Shown: piece after piece, positions 38,567-50,424 of the stretch
How positions within the stretch are numbered: position 1 is the first letter of the stretch
Layout: the number at the start of each line of letters is the position of its first letter
From: Dehalococcoidia bacterium
GTDB taxonomy: Bacteria > Chloroflexota > Dehalococcoidia > DSTF01 > RBG-16-68-14
Direction: 5' to 3'
Length of the DNA: 63,073 bases
Assembly: GCA_040882355.1 (NCBI GenBank)
Contig: JBBEBM010000070.1
Coordinates: forward strand, 1-63,073
Notes under the pieces: generated by a model
The model's database searches: none
Seen by the model: only the letters and a program-made list of their open reading frames with translations
What the model was told of the DNA's origin: nothing
Program-made: the position numbers and the translations under genes

Positions 38567-40236
38567 TCTCTCTCCAATTCCATCGGCATTGCGATCTCAC
38601 CGAAGGGGCCACGGGCGTACGCCTTGCCCTGCAGCCTACCACCAGCCACGACGAGGCGCAGGAGGACGCGCGTTTCGCCGACTCCTGGCGCGGCCATGTC
38701 GAACCACCCCTCGATTCGCCCTTGGTCGACATCAAAGTCTCGCAGCGGCACGTCCTGCGCGGAGAGGGCGCTCACGGTCGCGGAGAGGCTGTCTGAAACG
38801 ACAAGTACGGCCGGCAGCGGCCCGTACGGAGACACTAGCGTGCCCTCCCAGCGCCCCCGCGCGTCCGCGCTCTCATCGACTTGGACGGGAGGCGGCACAT
38901 CGCCCGTTCGGTCGAAGCGCCAGGGGTACAGGCCGCCGCTGAAGCTGGCAACGTTGTCCTCGTCATCCGCCTCGAATGTTAGCTCCGCGCCTGCGAAGAA
39001 GCCGCCGACCGCGCGGAACACGCCTTCTCCCGCTGGATCGAGCCGCGACAGGTGGCCAGGGCTGTCGTCGACCACGACCGTCACCACGCCGCTCTCTCCG
39101 CGCACGATGGCGTCGTGCCCCCAGAAATTCGAGCGATAGCGCCCCGTAAAATGTACAGGGCCGGCGCCACCCGCGATCGCCTCGTCTTCGAGCGACTCGC
39201 CGAGGAGCAGCCGCAGCGCGGCGTCGCCGATGACGGAGCGCGCCGAGTACGCGCGGCCCAGGTTGAGCATCAGCGCGACGCCCACCTTCTCGTCGGGGTA
39301 GGCGCCGACGAAGATCGTCGCGCCGACGCCGTCCCCGCCGTGGCAGATCAGCGTCCGGCCCTCCCGGCTCTCCACACGAAAGCCCAGGCCCATGCCGCCC
39401 GATGGGCTGACCCTTGCGTGCACACGGTGCATCTCTGCAACGCTCTCCGCCCGCAGGATGCGCTGACCTCGGTACTCGCCACCGTTCATGTGAGCGATGA
39501 GGAAGCGTCCGAGGTCCTCGACGGTCGAGAGCAGGCCCCACGTCGGCCGGAATGTTGGGCCTACCTCGTAGTCGTGCCGGCCTTCGTGATGCGTCTCGTC
39601 GATTACGCTCCAGAAGTAGGGTCGCGCAGGCGCCACGCCTTCGGGCGGGGAGCCGAAGCAGCTCGAACGCATCTCCAGCGGCTCGAGGACGTGTTCCCGA
39701 ACGTAGTCGGGGCACAAATCGCCGGAGAACCGCTCGATCAGGTAGCCGGCGGTGTCGTAGCCGAAGTTCGAGTAGACGATCTCGTCGCCGGGCGGGCGCA
39801 CAGTCTTTGCCACCAGCGCAACGAACTCCTCCAGCGTCGCCGGGCCGCCTTCCTCCGGCGAAGCGACGCCCTGCTCAACCGGCAGGCCCGCGCTGTGGGT
39901 GAGGAGATGGCGGACCGTCACGGGCTCTGTCTCTTCCCATGCGTTCCGTAGATCGAGAGGGGCCAGGTACTGGCTGACCGGACCGTCGAGCTGGAAGCGG
40001 CCGCGCTCGCGCCACTGCATGAGCCCGGTCGCGATGACCGGCTTCGCTACGGACTGGGCGCTGAAACGCGTCTCGCGTGTAAACGGCGTCTTCGCGTTGA
40101 GATCAGCGTAGCCGTAACCCTGCGACCAGGCGATCTCATCGCCGCGCACAAGCGCGATTGCCAGGCCAGGCGCATGCGCCCGCTCCATCTCACTCTCGAT
40201 GAGGTTGTCTAGTTCGGCAAAGGCCGGCACCCTCAC
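38563..40236 (-). CDS. Serine hydrolase (beta-lactamase class C-like) with C-terminal extra domains
   Basis: SxxK (SVAK), LLTHSAG, YSN, HGG motifs; GTGA overlap start. Confidence 0.87.
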   Translation of the reverse strand: MRVPAFAELDNLIESEMERAHAPGLAIALVRGDEIAWSQGYGYADLNAKTPFTRETRFSAQSVAKPVIATGLMQWRERGRFQLDGPVSQYLAPLDLRNAWEETEPVTVRHLLTHSAGLPVEQGVASPEEGGPATLEEFVALVAKTVRPPGDEIVYSNFGYDTAGYLIERFSGDLCPDYVREHVLEPLEMRSSCFGSPPEGVAPARPYFWSVIDETHHEGRHDYEVGPTFRPTWGLLSTVEDLGRFLIAHMNGGEYRGQRILRAESVAEMHRVHARVSPSGGMGLGFRVESREGRTLICHGGDGVGATIFVGAYPDEKVGVALMLNLGRAYSARSVIGDAALRLLLGESLEDEAIAGGAGPVHFTGRYRSNFWGHDAIVRGESGVVTVVVDDSPGHLSRLDPAGEGVFRAVGGFFAGAELTFEADDEDNVASFSGGLYPWRFDRTGDVPPPVQVDESADARGRWEGTLVSPYGPLPAVLVVSDSLSATVSALSAQDVPLRDFDVDQGRIEGWFDMAAPGVGETRVLLRLVVAGGRLQGKAYARGPFGEIAMPMELERE

Positions 40237-40679
40237 CCTGGCTGCTCGACATGCTCCTTGATACGCTGGAGGTCCCCCGACAGCGCGCCCGGCAGGACGA
40301 ACGCTTTGGCCAGAGGCGCGAAGAGCGCGAACGGGAACTTCGTCTGGACGAACTCGACGCTCTTGGTCACCTGCACGCCGCCATCGCCCGGCGTCAGGTC
40401 GAACGAGTGCCGGATCAGGCCCGCGTTCCCGTCCGCCTCGAAGACCAGCCGCGTGTTGGGCGTGTACTCGGTGATGGTGAGAGCGTCCTGGTTCTTGCCG
40501 AACTGGTGCCCGACCGACTGGAACGTTGAGCCCTGTCCTACAGCCCCATCCGACGTCTTCTTGATTTCGACCTTGTGCTCCGGCCGCGCCCATTCACTAT
40601 GACGCGGAATGTCCGCCAGGTAGCTGAACACCTTCTCCGCCGGCGCGTTAATCGTTATCTGCTGCTCCACGTTGCCCAT
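40233..40679 (-). CDS. SRPBCC/polyketide cyclase family protein
   Basis: ITINAPAEKVFSYLAD...W N-terminal pattern; SD AGGAG. Confidence 0.85.
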   Translation of the reverse strand: MGNVEQQITINAPAEKVFSYLADIPRHSEWARPEHKVEIKKTSDGAVGQGSTFQSVGHQFGKNQDALTITEYTPNTRLVFEADGNAGLIRHSFDLTPGDGGVQVTKSVEFVQTKFPFALFAPLAKAFVLPGALSGDLQRIKEHVEQPG

Positions 40680-40696
40680 GCTGCGTCTCCTTTCGG

Positions 40697-41428
40697 CTAA
40701 GCCCTCACCGCCACCCTGGCCGACTCCACGAAGGCACGGATCTTGCCCGCGTCCTTCGCACCCTCCGTCTCCACACCGGTCGATACGTCCACCGCCCACG
40801 GTCGAACCGCGCGGACGACCTCCGAAACGTTCTCAGGCGTCAGTCCGCCCGCGAGCCACACCGGCATGCGCGCGGCGACGGCCGACGCGACCCCGCGATC
40901 CAGTTCGATACCCTGCCCGCGACTTATGTCAAGCATACAGGCGATCGCGCTCCCAGCCTCGATGCCAGCGAGCACCCTGTCGCCATCGGCACCCGGAGGC
41001 ACGTCGACAGCTTTGATCACCTGCCGATTCGCCAGCAGGCAGTCGCCCCAGGACTCGCGGCCGCTGAGCTGGATCAGGTCGAGGCCGCATTCGTCGGCGA
41101 TCGTGTCGACCTCCTCCATCGGCTGGTCCTCGAACACGCCGACGGTGAGCGGGCGCTTGCGTGCGAGTAGGCGGTCGAGCGCCTCCGCGCCGTGCCGGAA
41201 CCACGCGACGGCATCGCCTTCTGGCCCATGATGCGTCGTTGGCGGTTCGTCCTGCCCGAGCTCGCGCAACGGCCGGCCGACGGCTTCGACAATCGCCTGC
41301 GCCTCCTCGATCGAGACGCGTCGCCGGCTCTTCGGCGCGAACATCAGCCCGACGAAGTCGGCGCCGGCCTCCTTCGCCGCGAGCGCGTCCTCGACGCGCA
41401 TGCAGCCGCAGATCTTCACACGGGTCAT
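40697..41428 (-). CDS. trpF: Phosphoribosylanthranilate isomerase
   Basis: VKICG, LAGGLTPENV, VDVSTGVE. Confidence 0.93.
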   Translation of the reverse strand: MTRVKICGCMRVEDALAAKEAGADFVGLMFAPKSRRRVSIEEAQAIVEAVGRPLRELGQDEPPTTHHGPEGDAVAWFRHGAEALDRLLARKRPLTVGVFEDQPMEEVDTIADECGLDLIQLSGRESWGDCLLANRQVIKAVDVPPGADGDRVLAGIEAGSAIACMLDISRGQGIELDRGVASAVAARMPVWLAGGLTPENVSEVVRAVRPWAVDVSTGVETEGAKDAGKIRAFVESARVAVRA

Positions 41429-42270
41429 ATCAGGAACTCGCGCATCTTGTTGCGCACGTCGTTCGATGTGATCAGCGCCTCGCCGACGAGGACGGCGTGG
41501 ACGCCGCACGCGGCAAGCCGCTCGACGTCCTCGTGGGTGAGGATGCCGCTCTCGCTCACGACTACCTTGTCGGCCGGGATCAGCGGCCGCAGTCGCTCCG
41601 TCGTCGCCAGATCGACGTCGAACGTGCGCAGGTCGCGGTTGTTGATGCCGATCAAGTCGGCACCAGCGGCCAGCCCGCGCGCGACCTGATCTTCGTCATG
41701 CACCTCAACCAGGCTATCCATCTCCAGCTCTCGCGCCTGCGCGATGAGGTCGCGCAACTGCGCATCGTCCAGGATCGCCGCGATGAGCAGGACGGCGTCC
41801 GCGCCGTACGCGCGCGCCTCCCAGAGGTGGTAGGGGTCGAAGAGGAAGTCCTTGCGCAGGATGGAGGGGCGCCCGCCCGGGTAGTAGCCCTTCATGCTCA
41901 CCCGCACATCGAGCATGAACTGGACTTCGCCCATGAAGTGCTTCCGCTCCGTGACGACGGAGATGCCCGCCGCGCCGCCGATGGTGTAGGTGCGCGCCAT
42001 CGCCCGGTGCTCCAGCACCGGCACGAGCCGACCCTTGGACGGCGACGCCTTCTTGATCTCGGCGATGAGCTGGATGCGCTTGCCGCCCGCATGCGGGCCG
42101 CGCGGGCCCTCCAGGATCGCCTGAATCAGGCTCCACTGCGGGTCGTGCTCGACGATGCGCCGCTTGAGCGCCTCGACCGGCTCCTGGACAAGGCGCTGCT
42201 CCAGCTCCTCGCGCTTGTCCGCGACGATGCGGTCCAGGATGGTGCCGGTGGGCGTGGTGTTGCTCGTCAT
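41425..42270 (-). CDS. trpC: Indole-3-glycerol phosphate synthase
   Basis: IAEIKKASPSKG, LRKDF, GINNRDL, SESGI. Confidence 0.96.
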   Translation of the reverse strand: MTSNTTPTGTILDRIVADKREELEQRLVQEPVEALKRRIVEHDPQWSLIQAILEGPRGPHAGGKRIQLIAEIKKASPSKGRLVPVLEHRAMARTYTIGGAAGISVVTERKHFMGEVQFMLDVRVSMKGYYPGGRPSILRKDFLFDPYHLWEARAYGADAVLLIAAILDDAQLRDLIAQARELEMDSLVEVHDEDQVARGLAAGADLIGINNRDLRTFDVDLATTERLRPLIPADKVVVSESGILTHEDVERLAACGVHAVLVGEALITSNDVRNKMREFLI

Positions 42271-42331
42271 GCTAGCTGCAATCTCAATCCCTCACACGAG
42301 ACGCGCCAAACACTCCGCGAAGCGAGGCCTC

Positions 42332-42409
42332 GTAGGGACAGAGCTCTAGCTCTGTCCTGTCCAGGAACAGCGTCGCATGGGCCGGACAGACCTGAAGGCC
42401 TGTCCCCAC
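42332..42409. repeat. Inverted REP pair between trpD and trpC
   Basis: GTAGGGACAGAGCTCTAGCTCTGTCC (+) and GTGGGGACAGGCCTTCAGGTCTGTCC (-), same family as the 24675 array. Confidence 0.8.
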
Positions 42410-42423
42410 AACTCTCGGCATGG

Positions 42424-43437
42424 CTAACCAACCTCGTTCGACACCTTCACGAACGCCTCCATGCGCTCCCTCGCGGCGCCCGTGTCGATCGACTGCGCGG
42501 CGAGCGTCATGCCCTCGCGCAGGCCGGGCGCCAGGTCGGCAGCAACGAGCGCTGCGGCGGCGTTAACCAGCGTGAAGTCTCGCAGCGGGCCCGGCTTGCC
42601 GTCCAGCACGCCGCGCAGCGCCTCCGCGTTCTCTTGCGGCGAGCCGCCGACGAGCGCGAACGGCGGGTGCTGCTGGACGCCCAGCTCCTCGAGACGGATC
42701 GTGTACGCGGTCACCTGGCCGTCCTTCACCTCGTATACGGCGGTCGGGCCGCTCACGCTCACTTCGTCGAGGCCCTCCTCGCCGTGCACAACGAGCGCGT
42801 GATGCACCCCGAGGCGCACGAGCACAGACGCGAGCTTCTCGGCGAGCCCGATGTCCGCCGCGCCGAGCACTTGCGCGGTCGCGGCCGCCGGGTTCGTCAG
42901 GGGCCCAAGGATGTTGAACACCGTGCGCACGCCGATCTCGCGGCGCGGGCCAGCGGCGAACTTCATCGATGGGTGAAACGCCTGCGCGAACATGAAACCG
43001 AAGCCGGCGCGTTCGATGCACGCGGCGACGCCCTCCGGCGAGCAGTCGATCCTCGCGCCGAGCGCCTCCAGCACGTCGGCGCTGCCGCACTTGCTCGACA
43101 TCGCCCGGTTGCCGTGCTTCGCCACCCGCGCGCCCGCGCCCGCCGCGACGAAGGCGGCGGCAGTGCTCACGTTGAACGTGCCCCTCGCGTCGCCGCCGGT
43201 GCCGCAGGTATCGAGCAGCGGTCCTTCGACCTTCACGGGCAGCGCCTTCTCGCGCATGACGCGCGCCATGCCCGCGATCTCGTCCGCCGTCTCCCCTTTC
43301 ATGCGCAGCGCCAGGACGAACGCTGCGAGCTGCGCCGGCGTCGCCCCGTCGGACATGATCTCGTTCATGCAAGTTGCGGCCTCGTCCTCTGTGAGGTCGA
43401 TGCGCTCTACGAGTTTCGCGATGGCTTCGCGGATCAT
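42424..43437 (-). CDS. trpD: Anthranilate phosphoribosyltransferase
   Basis: DTCGTGGD, FNVST, KHGNR, GLDE. Confidence 0.96.
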   Translation of the reverse strand: MIREAIAKLVERIDLTEDEAATCMNEIMSDGATPAQLAAFVLALRMKGETADEIAGMARVMREKALPVKVEGPLLDTCGTGGDARGTFNVSTAAAFVAAGAGARVAKHGNRAMSSKCGSADVLEALGARIDCSPEGVAACIERAGFGFMFAQAFHPSMKFAAGPRREIGVRTVFNILGPLTNPAAATAQVLGAADIGLAEKLASVLVRLGVHHALVVHGEEGLDEVSVSGPTAVYEVKDGQVTAYTIRLEELGVQQHPPFALVGGSPQENAEALRGVLDGKPGPLRDFTLVNAAAALVAADLAPGLREGMTLAAQSIDTGAARERMEAFVKVSNEVG

Positions 43438-43442
43438 GACGA

Positions 43443-43772
43443 CTAGATTCCACGTCCACTATCGCCGCGCTCACCGATCGGCTTGCCGTGTGACGTAGTC
43501 GTTGTGGGCTCCTTGTTCGAAACCGATAAGTCTCGCTGTTTTTTGAACTCCTGCAACGTTACGATCTGATCGGGATGCCTCGCGGCCTCTTCGAGCGCGC
43601 GCTCGGCAGCGACCAGATCGAGTTCGTCCTCGAAGGTCACGTCTAGCGCGGAGCGCACGAGGGCAGCCATCGTGGTCCCCTTCCGATCGGCGAGTCCGCG
43701 CAGGTCTTCCAGCACGTCATCATCGAAACGGATAGTCAGATTTTTCATGAGCTCCTCGCGGCGTGATGACAT
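43443..43772 (-). CDS. Ribbon-helix-helix (CopG-like) orphan antitoxin-like protein
   Basis: LTIRFDD...L..LA..KG.T...LVR RHH pattern, then EDELD...A...TL.E tail. Confidence 0.7.
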   Translation of the reverse strand: MSSRREELMKNLTIRFDDDVLEDLRGLADRKGTTMAALVRSALDVTFEDELDLVAAERALEEAARHPDQIVTLQEFKKQRDLSVSNKEPTTTTSHGKPIGERGDSGRGI

Positions 43773-43794
43773 AGTACCTGAACGGCCCTAGCGT

Positions 43795-44358
43795 TCACAT
43801 CTCGAGGAAGTTGCGCAGCAGGTCCTTTCCCACCGAGGTCAGGATGCTCTCAGGGTGAAACTGCACCCCCTCGATAGCGTACTCGCGGTGGCGCACGCCC
43901 ATGATCACGCCGCTGTCGCTGTGGGCGCTCACCTCCAGGCACTCCGGCACGGTCTCCGGCAAGATCGCCAGCGAGTGATAGCGGATCGCCTCGAACGGGT
44001 TCGGCAGGCCGCGAAAGACGCCCTTGCCGTCGTGCTCGATGCGGCTGCTCTTGCCGTGCCTGATCTCGCCCGCGTACGCCACCGTCGCGCCGAACGCCTC
44101 ACCGATGCACTGGTGCCCGAGACAGACGCCCAGAATCGGGAACTTGCCTGCGAGCCGCTCAATGAGCTCGATGCTGATGCCGCCTTCCTTCGGAGCGCCC
44201 GGACCCGGCGAGATCACGATGCGCTCCGGCGCCATCGACTCGATCTCCTCCACGGTCATCTGGTCGTTGCGAACGACGCGCACGTCCGCGCCCAGCTCCG
44301 ACAGGTACTGATACAGGTTGTACGTGAACGAGTCATAGTTGTCGAGCAGCACGATCAT
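43795..44358 (-). CDS. trpG: Anthranilate synthase component II
   Basis: DNYDSFTYN, SPGPG, GVCLGHQ, RYHSL, QFHPES. Confidence 0.95.
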   Translation of the reverse strand: MIVLLDNYDSFTYNLYQYLSELGADVRVVRNDQMTVEEIESMAPERIVISPGPGAPKEGGISIELIERLAGKFPILGVCLGHQCIGEAFGATVAYAGEIRHGKSSRIEHDGKGVFRGLPNPFEAIRYHSLAILPETVPECLEVSAHSDSGVIMGVRHREYAIEGVQFHPESILTSVGKDLLRNFLEM

Positions 44359-45554
44359 GGCTTCACTGCTTTGAAGATCAGATTCCCCGGCACGAGCCGC
44401 ATCCTCTCCAGCCCGTAGCCCCCGTCCTGGTCCCAGGCCGTTCGCACTTCCTCGACCGGCGGCGGCTCCAGGATCCGTTCGACGTGAAAGCCGGCGTCGG
44501 TCAGCAGCGAGAACCACGCGCTCACGGGCCGGAACCACGAGCGTAGCCGCGCCGACGCCCCCGCCTCCGCGAAGTCCCACTGCCAGTGCTGCTCGACCTG
44601 CCAGTAGGAACGAGTGGCCGCATACGGCGGTATGCCGTCGAGGCAGGCGGAGAACGGATGGTGAACGCTGATGACGAGCGCCCCGCCCGGCCGCAGGACG
44701 CGAAAGGCCTCGGCGAGGGCGCGGTCAGCGCGCTCGACGTAGTTGAGCGCGTGCAGCGACAGGACCAGGTCCTGGCTCTCGTCATCGATCCCTTTCAGCT
44801 CCTCGGCGTTGCCCTGGAGCAGCGTCACCAGCACGCCCTCGCGCTCCGCGAGGCGCCGTCCGAACGCGATCTGCTCGTCCGAGAGGTCGACACCGACGAC
44901 CTGCGCGCCCTGCTTCGCGAGGACGATGCAGTCCTGCCCACCGCCGCAGCCAAGCACGATCACCCGCAGGCCATCGACGTTGCCCAGGAGCTGCAACTCG
45001 CTCTCGTCCGGGCAACGCGGGCCGTAGACCAGCCAATCGGTCGGTATCTGGTAGCGCGCCTGGTACGCCTTGGAGATCGCGTTCCAGCCCTGCCGGTTGT
45101 CCGGCGGCAGGCCGCCAGAAGGGAGGACCACAGGCGCAGGCGGCGCCGGTTGCGAGCGATGAGCGCCCTCGAGCCACACTCGCAATTCCGCGGGCATGCC
45201 CACTCCGGCGAGCTCGCCACCGGCGAGCCAGCGCGCGTCTTCGTAGTCGCCGGCGGCGCGAAAACGTACGTCGCCGTCGTGGCGCGGCACGCGGAAGACG
45301 TTCGCAACGTAGCGGTGCTGCGTGGCTTCGTCCTCAAGGTAGAGCGTCTCCGCGAAGTCCACATCGCCGATCTCGACGCTCAGCTCGCGGAAGCAGTGCC
45401 GCGAGAGCGCCTCCTCAGCCGACTCGTCCGCGCCCATGACGTCGCCGGGCAGCACCCACCGGCCGGCAAAGGGCACTCGGTCGGCCTTGCGACGCGTGAG
45501 CAAGGTACGATCGCCCTGCTCGAACAGCGCAAGTGAGAGGATCTCAGGCATCAT
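44355..45554 (-). CDS. NUDIX-like domain fused to class I SAM methyltransferase
   Basis: N-terminal GRWVLPG...ES.EEA Nudix-like box; C-terminal LGCGGG, VDLS, RVLRPGG. Confidence 0.85.
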   Translation of the reverse strand: MMPEILSLALFEQGDRTLLTRRKADRVPFAGRWVLPGDVMGADESAEEALSRHCFRELSVEIGDVDFAETLYLEDEATQHRYVANVFRVPRHDGDVRFRAAGDYEDARWLAGGELAGVGMPAELRVWLEGAHRSQPAPPAPVVLPSGGLPPDNRQGWNAISKAYQARYQIPTDWLVYGPRCPDESELQLLGNVDGLRVIVLGCGGGQDCIVLAKQGAQVVGVDLSDEQIAFGRRLAEREGVLVTLLQGNAEELKGIDDESQDLVLSLHALNYVERADRALAEAFRVLRPGGALVISVHHPFSACLDGIPPYAATRSYWQVEQHWQWDFAEAGASARLRSWFRPVSAWFSLLTDAGFHVERILEPPPVEEVRTAWDQDGGYGLERMRLVPGNLIFKAVKP

Positions 45555-46053
45555 CGCCCACTTTCCCAATCGATGGCCCCACGACGACCATGCCGTATTT
45601 CTCCAGCAAGGCATCTCTCTCCGGCCCCAGCTTTCCTTCAGCTTGCAGCGCCGCGCGCTCGAAGAAGTACCCCTCGAAGTCTCCCGGCGCGAACAGCTCG
45701 ATGTGGCGCGATGCCTCTTCGCTATCGTTCGCGAAGCTGTGCGCCGTGCCGGCAGGCACGAAGACAAAGCCGCCCGGCCCGACCGTCACCGTCTCCTCGC
45801 CGACTCGAAAGCGGAGGTTGCCCTCCAGGACGAAGAACGCTTCGTCGTTTCGCTGATGGATGTGTAAGGGAGGGCCCTGATAGCCGGCCTCGCACGATAC
45901 GACGTGCAGCGCGAAGCGGCCCTTCGTCAGCTCATCGCTGGCCTTCACGATGCGCCGGGCGCGCGCATTGATCGCAGGGCCTTCGCCCGCCTGGAGCACC
46001 ACCGGCTTGCGATCGGGCGGCTCGAACCATACCGGCGAATGGGTCTCAGGCAT
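45544..46053 (-). CDS. Cupin domain protein
   Basis: GPPLHIH..DEAFFVLEG ... VPAGTAHSF. Confidence 0.88.
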   Translation of the reverse strand: MPETHSPVWFEPPDRKPVVLQAGEGPAINARARRIVKASDELTKGRFALHVVSCEAGYQGPPLHIHQRNDEAFFVLEGNLRFRVGEETVTVGPGGFVFVPAGTAHSFANDSEEASRHIELFAPGDFEGYFFERAALQAEGKLGPERDALLEKYGMVVVGPSIGKVGDDA

Positions 46054-46528
46054 CGCTGGCCTTCCGTCCAAGCGGCGGCCCGACAACCTCCATGCCATAC
46101 TTCTCCTGCAACGCCGCTATCCGCTCTCGGGTTATGTCGCCCGCGGACCGCAACGAGGCCAGTTCTTCGAAGTAGCCCTCGAAGTCAGCAGGCGAAAAGA
46201 TCTCCAGCATGCGGCCTCTGGACCTGCCGCGGTTCATGAATGCGTGAGCCGAGCCCGCCGGCACAAAGATAAAGGCGCCGGGCCCGACGCTGACCACTTC
46301 ACCGTCGACGCTAAACGCAAACTCGCCCTCGAGGATGTAGAACGCCTCGTCGTTGCGCAGGTGCCGATGCGCGGGAGGGCCCGCGAAGCCAGGTTCGCTC
46401 GTCACGACCGCCACAGACATGCGACCCTCTGCGAGCTCCGCGTTAGCCTTCGCTATGCGCTCTACCTGAGTCTGCAAGAGGGTGCCTTCGCCCTCGCCCA
46501 ACACGACCGCCTGCCGCTTATCTGCCAC
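46046..46528 (-). CDS. Cupin domain protein (tandem paralog)
   Basis: GPPAHRH..DEAFYILEG ... VPAGSAHAF. Confidence 0.88.
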   Translation of the reverse strand: MADKRQAVVLGEGEGTLLQTQVERIAKANAELAEGRMSVAVVTSEPGFAGPPAHRHLRNDEAFYILEGEFAFSVDGEVVSVGPGAFIFVPAGSAHAFMNRGRSRGRMLEIFSPADFEGYFEELASLRSAGDITRERIAALQEKYGMEVVGPPLGRKASDA

Positions 46529-46530
46529 TG

Positions 46531-48021
46531 CTAGTACCCCAAGCTCCCCTTCGGCGCGGCGGCCGACATCTCCTCCGCGCGGTCGATCGCGCGCATCATC
46601 GCCCGCGCCTTGTTGTGCGATTCCAGGTACTCCTCCTCGGGCGTGCTGTCGAAGACCACGCCACCGGCCGCCTGGATGTAAGCCACCCCCGGCTTCATCC
46701 AGATCGTCCGGATAGCCAGCGCAGTGTCGGCGTTGCCCGACATGTCGAAGTAGCCCACGCAGCCTCCGTAACCGCCGCGCTGCTCGCCCTCCAGCTCCGC
46801 GATGATCTCCATCGTGCGGATCTTCGGGGCGCCGGTCACGGTGCCGTGGGGGAAGTACGCGCGGATCGCATCGTACGTCGTCACATCGTCACGCAGCCGC
46901 CCGACGACGTGCGACACCATGTGCATGACGTGCGAGTAACGCTCGATATCCATCAGCGACGTCACCTCAACAGTGCCCGGCTTGCAGACGCGGCCCAGGT
47001 CGTTGCGGGCCAGATCGACCAGCATGATATGCTCGGCCCGCTCCTTCTCCGACGACTGCAGCTCCTGCGCCATCCGCTCCTCGTCCGCAGCGTCGCGACC
47101 GCGGCGGCGGGTGCCCGCGATCGGGTGCGTCTCGATGACGCCGTTCTCGATCCGCACCAGCATCTCAGGTGATGCGCCCACGACGTGCAGGTCGCCCAGC
47201 TCCAGGTAGTACATGTACGGCGAGGGGTTCACCATCCGCAGCGCGCGGTAGACCTCGAACGGGTGCGCCGCCGTTCGGCGAGTGAAGCGCTGCGACACCT
47301 GGATCTGGTAGGTGTCACCGCGGTAAATGTGCTCCTTCGCCCGCTCGACCTTGCTCATGAACTCTTCGCGCGTGTTGTTCGACACGAACGAGTCGTCGCC
47401 GCCGTTCGGTGCCGGGATGTGCGGGTCGTACGGCAGGCCGGCCAGCGGCTTCGAAAGGCGCCCGACCAGCTCATCGATCTTCCACGTCGCCTGGCGGTAC
47501 GACGCCTCGATGTCGCCGTCGAGCCGGGCGTGGCTCACCACCCTGATGTTGTGCTGGACGTGGTCGAACACGAGCAGCGTGTCTGTGAACAGAAAGACCG
47601 ACTCGGGGAAGCCCTGCGGGTCCGCCTCAGGCATCGGCAGCTTCTCGTAGTAGCGTGCCACCTCATACGCCATGTAGCCGACAGCGCCGCCGTGGAAGCG
47701 GGGCAGCCCTTCGATCGGGGCGACGCGATAACGCGCCAGCTCCTGCTCGATCTGCACCAGCGGGTCGCCCGGCTCCTCGTTGAGCACCGCGTTCCTACCG
47801 GTCCGCAGCACTCGATACGGTTCCGTTCCGATGAAACTGTAGCGCCCGAAGCTCTCCCCGCCTTCGACGCTCTCCAGCAGGAACGAGTGCTTGCCACGCG
47901 CAACCTTCAGGAAGGCCGACACGGGCGTCTCGAGGTCCGCCGGCACCTCGCGGTAAATCGGAACCACGTTGCCTTTGCTCGCGAGCGCCCGAGCGTCTTC
48001 GAGCGATGGAACGTAGTTCAT
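46531..48021 (-). CDS. trpE: Anthranilate synthase component I
   Basis: [34 protein letters not shown]. Confidence 0.96.
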   Translation of the reverse strand: MNYVPSLEDARALASKGNVVPIYREVPADLETPVSAFLKVARGKHSFLLESVEGGESFGRYSFIGTEPYRVLRTGRNAVLNEEPGDPLVQIEQELARYRVAPIEGLPRFHGGAVGYMAYEVARYYEKLPMPEADPQGFPESVFLFTDTLLVFDHVQHNIRVVSHARLDGDIEASYRQATWKIDELVGRLSKPLAGLPYDPHIPAPNGGDDSFVSNNTREEFMSKVERAKEHIYRGDTYQIQVSQRFTRRTAAHPFEVYRALRMVNPSPYMYYLELGDLHVVGASPEMLVRIENGVIETHPIAGTRRRGRDAADEERMAQELQSSEKERAEHIMLVDLARNDLGRVCKPGTVEVTSLMDIERYSHVMHMVSHVVGRLRDDVTTYDAIRAYFPHGTVTGAPKIRTMEIIAELEGEQRGGYGGCVGYFDMSGNADTALAIRTIWMKPGVAYIQAAGGVVFDSTPEEEYLESHNKARAMMRAIDRAEEMSAAAPKGSLGY

Positions 48022-49031
48022 GACCCGCCGTCCAGATAGTCCAGCTTCAGCGCCTCCCGCACCTCCGCCATCGTCGCCTCGGCGACCATCTTGCCGTGCG
48101 CCGTTCCCGCAGCGAGCGCCTCGCGCACGAGCCCCGGGCGCTCCTGGTAGTGGATGCGACGCTCGCGGATCGGGTCGAGGAAGGCGTTGAGCGCGCGGGC
48201 GAGCTTCTGCTTCACCTCCACGTCGCCCACCGTGCCCTTCTCGTAGCGCTCCTTCAGGTCAGCAACCTCGGCGACGTCCGGGTTGAAGGCGTCGTGGTAC
48301 ATGAACACCGGGTTGCCCTCCACGTGGCCCGGATCGGTAGCGTGGATGCGCGTCGGGTCCGTGTACATGCGCTTCACCTTCTGCGTCACGGTGTCCGCAT
48401 CGTCCTTCAAATAGATCGCGTTGTTCAGCGACTTGCTCATTTTCGCCTGGCCGTCGACGCCCATCAGGCGCGGCACGCGGCCGACCAGCGCCTCCGGCTC
48501 GACGAACACCTCGCCGTAGAGGCGGTTGAAGCGCCGCGCCACCTCGCGGGTCATCTCGATGTGCGGAAGTTGGTCGTCGCCCACAGGCACCAGATGCGCC
48601 TTGGGCATGAGGATGTTCGCCACCTGCATCACCGGGTAGGTAAAGAACGCGACCGGCACCGACTTCGACCCGAAGTCCTCCATCTCCGACTTCAGCGTCG
48701 GGTTGCGTTGCAGCCAGCCCAGCGGCGTCGCCCAGCTCAGCCACAGCGTCAGCTCCGCGTGCTCCGGCACCATGCTCTCGATCACGAAGTGCCCGCTTTC
48801 GGGGTCGAGCCCGACCGCCAGCCAGTCCATCGCCACCTCCAGCACCGACTGCCGCACCAGGTCGATGTCTTCGGCGTAGTCCGAGACCTGGTAGTCGGCA
48901 ATCAGGAAGAAGCACTCGTACTCGTGTTGTAGCCGCACCCAGTTCTCAAGCGCGCCCGCGTAGTGCCCCAGGTGCAGGGCGCCGGTAGGGCGGATTCCCG
49001 TCAGGATACGCTTCTTGGCGTTTGTCATCAT
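48018..49031 (-). CDS. trpS: Tryptophan--tRNA ligase
   Basis: [28 protein letters not shown]. Confidence 0.95.
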   Translation of the reverse strand: MMTNAKKRILTGIRPTGALHLGHYAGALENWVRLQHEYECFFLIADYQVSDYAEDIDLVRQSVLEVAMDWLAVGLDPESGHFVIESMVPEHAELTLWLSWATPLGWLQRNPTLKSEMEDFGSKSVPVAFFTYPVMQVANILMPKAHLVPVGDDQLPHIEMTREVARRFNRLYGEVFVEPEALVGRVPRLMGVDGQAKMSKSLNNAIYLKDDADTVTQKVKRMYTDPTRIHATDPGHVEGNPVFMYHDAFNPDVAEVADLKERYEKGTVGDVEVKQKLARALNAFLDPIRERRIHYQERPGLVREALAAGTAHGKMVAEATMAEVREALKLDYLDGGS

Positions 49032-49041
49032 CTCTCGTCCT

Positions 49042-50394
<1,353 letters not shown>

Positions 50395-50424
50395 CGTGTG
50401 CCTCCCTTCGGCTCCTGGTCCTCT

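Noticed and set aside
38563..40236. Serine hydrolase as a true beta-lactamase resistance gene
   Set aside because: No signal peptide and extra C-terminal domains; more like a cytoplasmic esterase/peptidase
41161..43446. 761-aa plus-strand ORF
   Set aside because: Antisense shadow of trpF/trpC/trpD
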